A stretch of 64,000 nucleotides of DNA, from assembly GCA_028534125.1 (NCBI GenBank), contig CM052816.1, forward strand, positions 56,298,001 to 56,362,000. Direction: 5' to 3'. The notes below the pieces were generated by a model. It was not told the DNA's origin. It searched no databases and saw only the letters and a list, made by a program, of their open reading frames with translations. The position numbers and the translations under genes are program-made. This document shows, in pieces, positions 1 to 11,565 of the stretch. Positions within the stretch are counted from its first letter, which is position 1; every line of letters starts with the position of its first letter. Source of the stretch: Lama glama (lineage: Eukaryota).

Positions 1-272
1 AAAGCTATCTAGTCACCCGCAGAGTCAATTGAATCATCAAGTTGGATGCTGCCTCCATCAAATGGTCCAGGTCCAGACGATGCAGCCTGCAGAACTAGCC
101 TCCTGAACCCAAGGTGATTGAGGAGGAAAAGGGAAAAAGTCAAGACAAATTTTGACTATCAGGCTTAGTTCTTTTGCTCTTGAAGTTTTGTATTAGTCAA
201 TCTGAGGAGAGCATTTTCTAGAAAAACATTTTCTTATGTCTGAAAGTAACTGAACATAGTTAATTAGGAAGT

Positions 273-419
273 CATTTTTCCCTCTTTCTTCTTTTCTTCC
301 TTCTGTTCGCTCCCTTTCTCTTCCCCTTCCTTCTTTCCTCCCCCCTCCTTCCCTTCCTTCCTCCCCCCTCCCTCCCTTTCCCCTTTCTTTGTTTCCCTCT
401 CCCTTTCCCTTTCTTTTAG
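273..419. repeat. Homopyrimidine (CT-rich) low-complexity tract
   Basis: About 145 nt almost entirely C/T (ttcc/ctcc/ccctt units); explains the G/E/R/K-rich spurious ORF 193..441. Confidence 0.95.
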
Positions 420-478
420 GACATAGGATAGTTCTGGGCACACTGAAGTTTCTACATTTATATACTTTTTAATTCTTA

Positions 479-550
479 TTTTTTTTTGAAGTGTAGTTGA
501 TTTACAATGTTAGTTTCAGGTGTACAGCAAAGTGATTCAGTCTTATATAC

Positions 551-583
<33 letters not shown>

Positions 584-721
584 TATATATATATTCAGTT
601 TCTTTTCCATTATGGCTCATTGCAAGATAGTGAATATAGTCCCCTGTGCTATACAGTAGGTCCTTGTTGTTTATCTATTTAATGTATAGTGATGTGTACC
701 TGTTAATCTCAAACTCCTAAT
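479..721 (-). mobile_element. 5'-truncated L1 3' end, cetartiodactyl type
   Basis: poly-T followed by 'gaagtgtagttgatttacaatgttagtttcaggtgtacagcaaagtgattcag...gaatatagtcccctgtgctatacagtaggtccttgttg'; related copies at 12132, 15464 and 42504. Confidence 0.9.
544..594. repeat. Compound microsatellite (AT)7(AC)9(AT)6 inside the L1 3' end
   Basis: Read directly from the sequence. Confidence 0.95.
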
Positions 722-1459
722 CTGTAATTTTTGATTTTGCTTGATTTGATTGGTGAGAACACCTGAGTCAACAAGGGACAGGTGCTGGACTTGAATAGTG
801 GGGGTAGCAGGAGGCCCCAGGACGTTATCCTGTGCTGCGCTGCAGAGGAAGGAGAAACCAGAAGGGTGGGAAGAAAATTCCAGAAGATTGCTTTCAGCTT
901 CTTGCTGGGGAGGGAGACACTGGGCCTGAGAACTGGAGCCACTTAAGGGAAACCTCGAGAGCCTGAGTTTTGGCCAGAGAACTCCTTAAACCACCCCCAC
1001 CCCAGGGAAGGTTTCTTGGGAGGCTGTGGTTGTGGCTTCTGCAGAGATGCTATTTTGAGCCCAGAATTTGTAACTGGCTCTCAGTTTGCTCCTGTTTCGA
1101 GTGCATTACCCACAGGGCCTTGTACCTGATGATGACAGTAGTGGGATTTAAAAAAATTCTTGTGAAACTGATCAGTTGGTTAACATCTGGCAGGCGGGGG
1201 GCACGCATGATTTTCAGAAGTGAGCAAAAAATGTTGATGTGATGCATATTTTTACAGAGTGAGAGAGGGTCTAATTTCTAGGTTTCCCTTTCTCTGGAGG
1301 CAAAGAGTTCAACATTTGATGTTTTCTAAACACAGAGAGCACATGATAACACCAGCCCGGTTATATTGCTGTCCTGGCTTCAAGGAAGGGGTTTCTGGGT
1401 GTCAAAAGCCTGACTTTCCTAGCCATCTCTGAAGAAGAAGAACACGCCTGTGGTATTTT

Positions 1460-1770
1460 AAAGACTTCGTTATCATGGAAAATTTCAAACACACGCACAA
1501 GGCGAGCATTGTGGACTGACCCCCATCTGCGCATCACCCGGCCTCAGCATCATCAATACGAGACGGACTGTGCTTCAGTGATTCTCCACACCCCCCTTCC
1601 CCCGGCGGGATGATGTTGCCGAAGACCCCAGACATTCCACTTTTCCATCTGTAAATACTTCATCGTGTACCTCTGAGAGCTTGCTGGGGACTCTCTCGCT
1701 TTCTTAAACATGCCCACAACATCATTATCACATCTAAAACAACCCCACAATAAATTCCTTAATGTCAGCC
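1460..1770 (-). mobile_element. Ancient L1MC4/L1MC5-like 3' fragment
   Basis: 'atggaaaatttcaaacaca...catcacccggcctcag...ccagacattccacttttccatctgtaaatacttca...cattatcacatctaaa...aattccttaat' resembles the recalled L1MC 3' consensus. Confidence 0.7.
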
Positions 1771-3136
1771 AAATTTCATGGGCTCTTTGATTTGACTGGT
1801 TTGGGAACTTTCAGGCTGGGGAGAGGAGGGGCTCTCTGGCGGGTCACTGGGCACCATGTTAATGCTTCTATTATGTGGTGTCCACAGGTATAATTAGGCC
1901 TGTGACCTTTTCAGACCCAGACTGCAACTAATAAAAATGCAGAACAGGAGTGAAAAAAAAAAAAAAGAAAGAAAAGGAAGCCCTGACTGAGCAATTCCCC
2001 TCAGGCACCCGCTTTTCCTGTGTTTATCCCGTGACCAGTTGCCAATTCACCATTCCCTTAAACCAGCCCTGCGCCTGTAGCATCTAATCACTTACAAACT
2101 GTCACAGATGCTCACAGCACTGCTGTGTTTCAAAGAAAATACTTTTCCACTTCGAAGTCTGTCACTGAGGTGAGAGCCATTGAACTCTGGGAAGGTTTCA
2201 GATTGGGCTGTAATTATGCTGTGGGGTCAGTGACCGAGACTCGGGGAGAACACTAACGTCTCTTAGAGGGAAGGGGAGACCACTGAGGACAAGGGGGTCT
2301 TTGTTTCTGTCATAGGATCAGTTCAAGGCTGAAGAAAAGGGGCAACGATTGACTCCGGGTCTAGAACCTTCTTCAGCATCTCTGACTAGCTAACTCTGTT
2401 TCTGGCTGGGGTGAAATGGTTTTCACTTCCAGTCTTCATGGGCAATGTGGACCATGGTGACTATTGTCTGGTGGTCCACACCGAATGCTCTGAACTACAG
2501 CAATTAATCAAAAATCTCTGTAGACCCTTGTTTGGGAGTTCATTTGTTTATTTTATCCAATTTTTAGGCACATTTACTGACATCCAAAAATGATACTTGC
2601 AACCAGCATTTGAAGTGGTCTGGCAACTGCTCTAAGTTGCAAAATATTCATTTGAAGTGAGTCCTCCAATCTCTCTCCTTTCCAGAGTTGGAGCTATGTG
2701 AGCTGATAGGGGTCCATCCGTCTCCCTCATCCATTAGGAAGGTGATCGTACGACTACATTTCCGCCCCCAAGTGGTTCTAGGTCTGTGCCGTCAGTAGAA
2801 GCCGGGGAGACAGAGAGTTGCCTTTTGTGTCTCCGTGCTGGGCCCAGGCATGCACCTCCGGAGTCCCTCACTCCGTCTGCCCTCCTCAGGAGTTGTCCAG
2901 CAGAGTGGGATTTGCCCCTTCTCTTTGCATCACAATGCACCTATTGGGTTGGATTTCCTCAAACCTTTGCTCTCTGTATGCAAATATTTAATGCAAATAA
3001 ACTGCCAATTTAATGGCCATCTCCTCCCAAGTGCAAGGTCTGCAGGTAGGGATGAGGAACCAAGAAATAAGTCAGACAGATTTTTGTCTTCAAAGAATGA
3101 GACCAGTCCACAAGTAAGTTAACACAACCCAATACA

Positions 3137-3867
3137 ATGTCTTGTTGATTCTACCTCCTAAGTAGCACACGAATCCGTTCATATTTCTCCATAGCCATCA
3201 CAGCCACTTCGGTCCAAGCTGCCACCCCCATCATTCATGAGGATACTTGCAATAAACACTCTCGGGTCTCTGTGCATGTACCCCTGCCTTTCCAGAGTCC
3301 CACGTCCTCTACACAGCAGACGAAACTCACTTCTCAAGATGGAAACAGTGATAAATCACCCCCTAGGGTTCAAGGTAAAAGATAAAAATTCTTAACAAGC
3401 CCTTCAAGGCCCCACTTGCCTCTTCAGCCCCTGCTGTCCATCTGGACCACAACCATCACTGTGTCTTGCAGCTGCCGCGACGGCCTTCAGCCTTCCCATC
3501 AAGGCGGTGGCCTCCTGCCGCAGCTCGGCCTCACGCAAGGGGCTCCCCTCTGCCTGGGGAACTCTTCCTTCCCTCGTGCCTAACTAATTCCCATGCAGCC
3601 CTCAGCTCTCCAGTCAAACAGCCAAACATTGCTCCCCAGGGACCTTCCCAGAGACCCACATAGCATCCTCCTCCTCTGCTTTGCCGTGCCCATCACACTT
3701 GCCAATTTCTCTTCCTCTGTGGCGATTTGGTGTACGTCTGTCTCTCCATGCCCATCAGATTGTAAGCAGTGCAAAGCACAAGGCAGGGACCACGGCTCCT
3801 CTGTCGCCGTGGCTTCCCTAGTGCCTAGCACGGTCACTGGCAGGCGGTTTGAGGAATGAAAGAATAA
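3137..3867 (+). mobile_element. L2 LINE 3' fragment
   Basis: 'gattctacctccta...gtccaagctgccacc...cacagcag...agattgtaagc...ggcagggacc...cctagtgcctagcac...gaatgaaagaat' typical L2 3' region. Confidence 0.85.
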
Positions 3868-3940
3868 GGTCAGTGCTCTAGCTCTGGGGGAGAAGTCCCA
3901 CAGGGACAGGTGGAACGGTGCCTAAAGACATGGATGGGAG

Positions 3941-4276
3941 TGTTAAAAGATAAACTGAGTCATATTGAAAATTTTGAGTTGATTTGAGCAAAAATTGATT
4001 TAAAGTGGTCAGTGACAAACCGGAAGTGCTTAGGAGAACTCGGCCACCAGCAGGAGCAAGAGGAGAGACACTGATGGAGAAAGGTGGAAACAAAGTAAGG
4101 AAGCGATCGCTGGGCTGCAGCGTAAAGCCTCGCTGGCTGGCTGTGACTGGGGGTCCTTAGCTTCCGGTTTCCTACCCTTGAGGCACTTGAGGCTTGAGGC
4201 TTGGTTTGCTTCCGTAGGCTGTTCACGCATTAGAATCACCTCAGCCTCAGGACCTTCTTGTTGAATTAATTTAAAT
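3941..4276 (-). mobile_element. Solo ERV1-class LTR (MER4-group-like) with 4-bp TSD GGAG
   Basis: Starts 'tgttaaaagataaact...gagttgatttgagcaaa', ends 'ttaatttaaat' (degenerate ...ttaaca); GGAG flanks both sides (3937-3940, 4277-4280). Confidence 0.7.
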
Positions 4277-4881
4277 GGAGAGAAGGGAAGGAAAGGAGAG
4301 AGAAGAGACTCTGTGGAGGCAGAATCGAGGTGACCTGGAAAGCGCCAGAGGTAAGAGGGACATGACGATGTTTCTGAGTTTCCAGGTTTGATGGCTGTTT
4401 CCCCAAAATATGTTCCCAGAATTCTTCCATAGAAGAAGAGGAGCCTTCCGTGGACAAATACCTTTGAAAAGCGTTCTAAGCTCTCTCTCTCTCTTTTGGA
4501 GCCTCACAATACAAATGCTCATATTAAAGACTCCGAGGTTACAGAAAGAAAACCTGTTTGATTTGAAATTAGGAAGTCTGAAGGAAGAGCAGCTCGGTGG
4601 GTGGGGAGTAATTACCCTTCTGATCTGTTGAGTTAAAATGCCAGTGAATTTCCAAGTGAGGGTGTTAAACACGTCATTGCAAATGTCGGTCTGGAGATGA
4701 GAGCGAGGTATGTGAAAGTGCTCCGAAAAATGCTCAGGAGGGTTATTACTCAGGCCTGAACATGCCAGTCTTTTATGGGAAGGAGATTTCTGGAGACAGT
4801 CCTTTAAGCCACAGTCTTGGAGGTAAGTTCAGACATGGGAGTAGACAGGATTATTTTGGAACAAGTGGGCATTTTTCTCTT

Positions 4882-5141
4882 CCAGTTTTATTAAGCTGTA
4901 ACTGACACACAGCACTGTACAAGTTTAAGGTGTACAGCATCATGATTTGACTTACCCAGTTCAGGAAATTATAATTGTAATAAGTTTAGTGAGCATCTGT
5001 CATCTCATGCAGATACAACATTGAAGAAATAGACAAGAAGTATTTTTTTCCTTGTGATGAGAACTCAGGATTTACTGTCTTTCGTATCTAACATACAGCA
5101 GTGTTCATTACATCTGCCATGTGGTACATTTCATTCCCAGC
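4882..5141 (-). mobile_element. L1MA-type 3' end fragment
   Basis: 'ccagttttatt...cagcactgtacaagtttaaggtgtacagcatcatgatttga...ttgtgatgagaactcaggattta'. Confidence 0.75.
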
Positions 5142-5179
5142 CCAGTATAAGTGGACTTCCGGATGAAACAGACTCGTTT

Positions 5180-6186
5180 GGTAGAGAGTCTGCTAGTTAT
5201 CTACCCAATAATCTCTCTTTCTCTTTTTTGGGGGGAAGTGTATTATTTTGGGATGACAAATATGCCAGGTGAAGGGCTACTTTCCCCAAACTCTCTTGTT
5301 GCCAAGGGTGGGCCGATAAAAAAAATAAGTAGAAATTGGGTGGGACTTTTGGTCAAGCTCTTTAAAAGTGATCTACTTGATACACCTGTGTTTTTAGCAG
5401 TAACCAAAAAGTGGAAATAACCTAAGTGTCCATTGACATGAATAGATAAACAAAATATGGTTTATACATACAATGGAATATTATTCAACCTTAAAAAGGA
5501 TGGAGATTCTGACTTATGCTATAGCATGGATGGATGGAACTTGAAGATATGCTAAATGAAATATACCAGTTACAAAAGGGTAGATATTGTATGATTCCAC
5601 TTATAGGAGGTGCCTATTAGTCAAATTCATAAAGAAGGTACAATGAAACTTGCAAGGGGCTGGTGGGAGGGGAGAGTGGAGAGTCAGGGTTTAAGAAGCA
5701 CATAGTTTCAATTTTACAAGATGAAAAGGGTTCTGGGAATTGATGGGCAATGGTTACACAACATTAAGAATGTATTTAACACCACTGACCTATATACCTA
5801 AAAATGATGAAAATGGTAAATTTCATATCTATCTACTTCTCTATATCTTACCACAATTAAAAAAGAGAGATCAAGAAATATTTAAGTAAAAGAAAAAAGA
5901 GATCCACTTGATTAGGTGGGATGCATCTCCCCCCTTCCTTCTACCTTCAACACAGACTTGATGGTTGGTGTCATGGCAGCCACCTTTGATCTTGAGGCAT
6001 CCTAGAGTATAGGAGGAAGTGGCACAAAGATAAAATGAGCCTGGGTCCCTGCTGACCATAGATCCCTCGTATCAGTTTGATTTCCTTAGCTCTCTTTTGT
6101 GTAAAAGAGAAAGAGACCCCTGTCTTGTGCAAATCTCTCATTCTGGTTTCAACTATGAATAGCTAACCTTACCCTTAATGACCACA
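5180..6186 (+). mobile_element. Ancient ERVL/MaLR LTR (LTR33/MLT1J-like), split by an L1 insertion
   Basis: Left half 'gctactttccccaaactctcttgttgc...tgggacttttgg..gctctttaaaag'; right half 'gcagccacctttg...gagcctgggtccctgctgacc...aaccttacccttaatgaccaca'. Confidence 0.65.
5382..5894 (+). mobile_element. 5'-truncated L1MB-type element with degenerate 18-bp TSD
   Basis: L1 ORF2-end/3'UTR motifs ('cctaagtgtccattgac...atacaatggaatattattcaaccttaaaaagg...tgtatgattccacttata'); flanks aaaagtgatctacttgat (5364-5381) and aaaagagatccacttgat (5895-5912). Confidence 0.9.
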
Positions 6187-7157
6187 GTGGGCAAACACTC
6201 ATTCCTTTATTTGTTGACTTATCATTTCACCAAACATTAATTGAGCTCCAACTCTGTTCGAGGCACTGGGGATGCAAGATGAAAGGAGAGAACTCCTGTG
6301 CTGCAACCCCTTGCTTTCTAAAGGGAAGGACAGTGGCCAAACAGCCATGGGCAGGCCAGGGAAGGCTGGCTGTCTCTTGTTCGCTAAGCAGGAGAATTGC
6401 ACTTTTTATATAATTCTTTTCAGACAAAACTCCTTTGTAAAGAATTCAACACCGTAATAACTTTTAGGGGTGAGACTGCCAAGTTCTCGGCTACGACACA
6501 CAGCTGAGTATTAGTTGCACCACCTTGACTGGGCTAATTCAGTGTTACCAATGCCGTCTGCGTATTTATTCAACACCAACCCACGTTTATTTGAGTCCCA
6601 CTTTGTACTCGCAGTGAGCAGCAAGGAACAATAGGCCCAACTGAAGCCAGAGTGATGGATCTTATTGCAAACCACAAGCTTTTAAAATTCCCCACTAAAG
6701 GCAGAGAGACTTCGTGCAGGGGAAGGAACGGAGATTCCTATTGATAAATACAGACACCAGATGACCTCATCTCTGCTGTCTCCCTCCACCCGCCAGAGTG
6801 TCTCTCCAGGTCTCAGGGTAATTGTGGCACTAACAGGCTTCTTTGTAGATCACTCATTAATTTTAATTAAAAAAATGTATTGGGATTGCATTTGAGCACA
6901 AAGTTAGAAGGACGAACCAAGAGAGATGGAGAGGTGAGTGAGAGTACTGCGGCAGCGACCCTGGACAAGTCTCTTTTGGGCAAACCTCAGTTCCTCATCT
7001 GCAGAACGAAATTGTTGGAAGAGGTTATATCAGGAAACTTCCAGAACTGATATTCTGTGATGCTGCTTCTTGAGCTGCTTAAGTGAAATGGCTTACTAGG
7101 GTTTGGGAAATTGTACCTGCTGGGAATGCTAGAGCCTTGAGTCACAGGGTAGCCAAT

Positions 7158-7560
7158 CATTCACTTACTTTCAACCACTGAGTATTTATCAAGCGCCTGC
7201 TGTGTTACTGTGGGCCTGCCCTTAGGTGCTGGAACTGTCCAGATGCATATGATACAGTTCCTACTTGGAGAAACTCAGGGTTCTCTTGGCGAGGTGCAAA
7301 TATCCTATAAGATGATAAGAGCTTTTATAAAGTTGAGAATGCAAAGGAGGCAATGCCTGCAGTAGAGGAGGAAAGCTTTCCCAAGACAACGAAATGGGGA
7401 GATGTGGTCTTGAAAATAGAGATGTGTTCTGGGTTGGGACCTCAAGAGAGGATGAAAGGTGTCAGGTCATAAGAGATCTGTCATGCTAAGAATCTTGGTC
7501 ATTTTTTGGTGGAGAATAATCAAGGAGTGATTCAAGTAAACAGGATAACAAGCAAACAAA
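7158..7560 (-). mobile_element. L2 3' fragment
   Basis: 'attcacttactttcaacc..gagtatttatcaagcgcctgctgtg...taggtgctgg...gatacagttcct'. Confidence 0.6.
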
Positions 7561-7834
7561 CAAGGGAATAATCAAAAGTAGATTCTAAAAGTGTCCGCCT
7601 TCTAAAGGAGAACTCAGAAAAGTCCAAGGAGTTGCTCCTGTCCACCATCTGGTGGGAAGTGACAGCAGTAACTGTAAGGGGCCGCCCAGGGAGGTTCCAC
7701 AAGGCTCAACAGATAATCCCTTCTCCTTCTCCCATCATCTCTTTCACATGGTAACATGACTTAACCTGTCATAATTCTGTGTCAAAACGCTCAGCTGAGG
7801 TCCTTCTTTTCCGCAGTGCAAGAATGCACACGGG

Positions 7835-7985
7835 TGACTTTGAATTTAGGTAAAATCCCAGTCCCGTCACCTCAGGCTTAACCTCTCTGAATCCCAATTT
7901 ACTCCTCCATCAAACGATGATAATACTGCCTGCCTTTGGGGTTGTGGGAATCAAATAAGCCAACAGAAGTCAAGTATTTAGAATT
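7835..7985 (+). mobile_element. MIR SINE fragment
   Basis: 'aatcccagtcc..cttaacctctctgaatc..atgataatactgcct..ggttgtggg'. Confidence 0.65.
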
Positions 7986-8435
7986 TGTAGGTGCAATCAT
8001 ACACTCATATCTGTGATTTTTAAAATGAAAACCTCCTTTGCCCACTGGATGAGAAGTTCGGTGAGGGCAACAACTCTGCCCTTACTTGTCCTTAGACCTG
8101 GAGTGCCTAGCTCAGTGCCTGCTTCTGTTAATCATTGATGATGAGGGGCACCCGCTACAGTTTTTGTTAAACACAGAAATCTGATGCAATAGCTCACCTT
8201 ATTTGTACAGACCTCATTTCTGGGCTCTGTTCTGCCATGCAAAGTGTTAGGGAGATTCTCAGAGACTTGCTAGCTTCCCAGCATCAGCAGGAAGAGAGTC
8301 CCGAGGCTAGCTGGCTCATTTCCCAAGTTAAATTCAGTCATTCATTAGGGTCAGCCTCTGGACCTTTTGAAAGATGCTCCCTCAACCATGACTTCATTTT
8401 CCTCAGGGTCTGTCTCGCCGATCATTTTCATTTCT

Positions 8436-8895
8436 CTTTTCTTTTTTAATTGAAATATATTTGATACAACGCTGTATAAATTTAAGAGGTACAACATGCT
8501 TGATACATTTATATATTGTAATATGATTGCCATTGTAGCAATAATTAACACCTCTGTGATGTCACATAATTATCATTTCTTTTTAGCTGTTGGAATAATT
8601 AAGATTTAGTCTCTTAGCAGGTTTGATGATTATAAAACAACATTGTTGTCTATGTTCACTGCCTGGGTAATAGATCTCTAGGGCTTACTTACTACTTGTT
8701 GCAAGTTTGTACCTTTAAATAGCAACTGTCCTAACCCCCCAACCCTCCATCCCCTGGTAACCATCCATTTCACTCTCTCTTTTTACGAGTTTGGCTTTTA
8801 TAGATTCCACATATAAGTGATGCAAGGTATTTGTCTTTCTCCATCTGACTTATCTCACTTAACAAAATGTCCTCAAGGTCTAGCCGGGCTGTTGC
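8436..8895 (-). mobile_element. L1MA9-like 3' fragment
   Basis: L1 3'UTR motifs; ORF 8770..8961 contains 'LDLEDILLSEISQMEKDKY..SLICG', matching the L1 ORF2 C-terminus. Confidence 0.9.
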
Positions 8896-9203
8896 TCTGC
8901 AATTTTCTAAAGTGGATGATGTTAAAGTCCAAGTACTTCTGAAGCTTGGGATAAATACCACTTCAGATAAATTTTTCTGTCGGATTTGAAAGTTCCAGAC
9001 ATATCTATATCAGATCATTTCAAAATAACAATTTGGGTGTTCTGGTTTTATTCTCACAAGGATTTGCACAGGGAAGTATCTTCCATAGGCATAATTTTCG
9101 GCTTGCCTTTTCCTTCCTGAATATGGAAGAAAGTGGCCCTTTTCCACTTTCCTTCCTGCAGTATTTGTCCTTCACCTCGACTTTTCTGGGACAACCTCAC
9201 GAT

Positions 9204-9398
9204 CATGGTGTCTTACAAAAACCAATGGACTTGAGAGTCTGGACAGAACACTGTTGCAATCTGAGCTTGCTACTTGTCAACTATAAAGATGTGGATAAGT
9301 GGCTTAGCTTTATTGTGTCTCGGGCTTGATCTGCAAAATGGGAATAATAATAATAATAATGTCTGCTTCAGAGGGTTAGTATGAATGTCACAAAATAT
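9204..9398 (+). mobile_element. MIR SINE with internal (AAT)n
   Basis: 'atctgcaaaatgggaataataat...cttcagagggttagtatga'. Confidence 0.75.
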
Positions 9399-10249
9399 AG
9401 CATATTTTATTTGCCTTGATCTCTCCTATAGAGAATATACTGCACTTACTTGGAAGAAATACTTGGATCAACTACTCAGGGTAGAGGAAGGGACCCCCAA
9501 GGGCAACCTCAAGACACATAATGTGATTGATACACTAAACTATCTGAAATAAGAAGAGGACTTCATTTAGTTCACAAGGATGGAGTTGGGGAAGGGGGAG
9601 GAAAGAGTGGAGATTGTGGGATGGCCGAAGCATGTCCTCAAACTCCCTTGCGCACCTGCTAGGAAATCCACACATTTGATTAAACTCACCGGATGGGTGT
9701 GGAAACAAGTGAAGGGGACTCTGGTTGTCAGTTTGGGGCCAAAGAAAAGTCAGCATGTGTGAATGCAGAAACCGGGTATAAGGAGATTAGACGCTAAAGC
9801 TCCGGAAATTCATAGAAATTGAAGGGATGGCTTTGAACTTACACAGATTTTTTAAATTGGGAGGTTTAAGCCAAGTTTACTAGCACTCAAGGGACAGGGA
9901 AATCCCACAGGACAGCTGGGTTCATGAGAATTTGATGTATCTAAAAACTGTCTACCACGTAATGTTCATCTAAAGATTGACAGTTACTATCTTTGGCTAC
10001 ACCCAATCCAAAGATGGGTAAAGTATTTGACTTGAATTGGCACTTCAGTGCTGGAACTGAGCCCAGATCAAGAAATTAGATTCAAGCAGAAAATTTCATT
10101 TAATTTAAAGAGGGGAGGGGGATGAGCAGGAAAGGGGAAGGAGGAGAGAATAAAGAAAAGGGATGCTCAAAATAGCTACTTTCTGCTCATCCAGCCCTTT
10201 GCTTGTGAGAAGCATCCTCCTCAAACAAGAGTTCTCTTTCAGCCCCACA

Positions 10250-10390
10250 GAAACCAGCTGTGGAGCCTTTGACATGGCTTCTAGTCTCCCATCTCGGTTT
10301 CCATTTTTGAAAAGTGAATTTCCCAACATTGACTTCAAAGCATCGTTGTCAGGTTTGAATGAAACAACGGAATGTGAAAGTGCTTTTCCA
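10250..10390 (+). mobile_element. MIR SINE fragment
   Basis: 'ctcggtttccatttttgaaaa...gttgtcaggtttgaatgaaacaa..atgtgaaagtgcttt'. Confidence 0.6.
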
Positions 10391-10799
10391 GTATAAGGTG
10401 TTATAGAAGGGTCGTGGTGAGTGTTACCATGACAACCATGACTACCCACCCCTGCCAGCTGCTTGAGGGCGGGCCACTCTCTGGCCAAGACAGTGCTCAA
10501 AAAGTATTTATTAAATGAACAACTAGCTGTATTCAGCATCTTTCACTTTTCACATAACCATCACATCTGAAGATCTACTCTCTGCACTGTCTCCATAGGA
10601 CCTATACCAACGCTTCTCTGTTCTTCCAAACCTCACTTCCATTTTGTCTCTTTCAGCCAAGGACTTCATTTGCTGCCTTACAGAGCACTGCAACAATATT
10701 AGTTACTGTGGTTCTTCATCTTGAACCAATTCTTTTTGCCAGGGGTTTCTATTTCCTCCCTAAAGACCCAAGCAATCTGGTTTCTGTCCCACTACTCAA

Positions 10800-11565
10800 C
10801 TGAAATTGTTCCCAGTTGTCAGTGTGAATTCACGGAGTGGAAAAACCAATTCCCCTTTCAGAGACTTTACTCTCCTTGACATCTTGGCAACAGCAGACAC
10901 CCTGGTCNNNNNNNNNNNNNNNNNNNNNNNNNNNNNNNNNNNNNNNNNNNNNNNNNNNNNNNNNNNNNNNNNNNNNNNNNNNNNNNNNNNNNNNNNNNNN
11001 NNNNNNNNNNNNNNNNNNNNNNNNNNNNNNNNNNNNNNNNNNNNNNNNNNNNNNNNNNNNNNNNNNNNNNNNNNNNNNNNNNNNNNNNNNNNNNNNNNNN
11101 NNNNNNNNNNNNNNNNNNNNNNNNNNNNNNNNNNNNNNNNNNNNNNNNNNNNNNNNNNNNNNNNNNNNNNNNNNNNNNNNNNNNNNNNNNNNNNNNNNNN
11201 NNNNNNNNNNNNNNNNNNNNNNNNNNNNNNNNNNNNNNNNNNNNNNNNNNNNNNNNNNNNNNNNNNNNNNNNNNNNNNNNNNNNNNNNNNNNNNNNNNNN
11301 NNNNNNNNNNNNNNNNNNNNNNNNNNNNNNNNNNNNNNNNNNNNNNNNNNNNNNNNNNNNNNNNNNNNNNNNNNNNNNNNNNNNNNNNNNNNNNNNNNNN
11401 NNNNNNNACTTCTGATTTATGTCTGCTCAATTTAATTGTACTAAATAACTCATTGCCTGGTGTCTCTTTTCTGTAAAATCCCTCTCATTTCCCTTCTTTC
11501 CCCTCCATTGCCATTCCAGCTCTGCTCTGGTTGAGGTCATCACCTTCACTTGAGTGACTGCAGTA
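10800..11565 (+). mobile_element. L2 RT-region remnant spanning the assembly gap
   Basis: Left of gap translates 'FTLLDILATADTLV', similar to L2 RT 'LILLDLSAAFDTVD'; right of gap 'ctctggttgaggtcatcaccttcacttgagtgactgcag' resembles the downstream L2 'LDYCN' region. Confidence 0.5.
10908..11407. other. Assembly gap (exactly 500 N)
   Basis: Run of N. Confidence 1.

Noticed and set aside
7640..7656. CTCF-like motifs (7641 minus strand, about 35836, 55744, 63872)
   Set aside because: Each deviates from the core consensus; not supportable without PWM scoring or ChIP data
10806..11435. Long ORFs of 174-209 aa over the N runs (also 57936-58484)
   Set aside because: Artefacts of translating N as X
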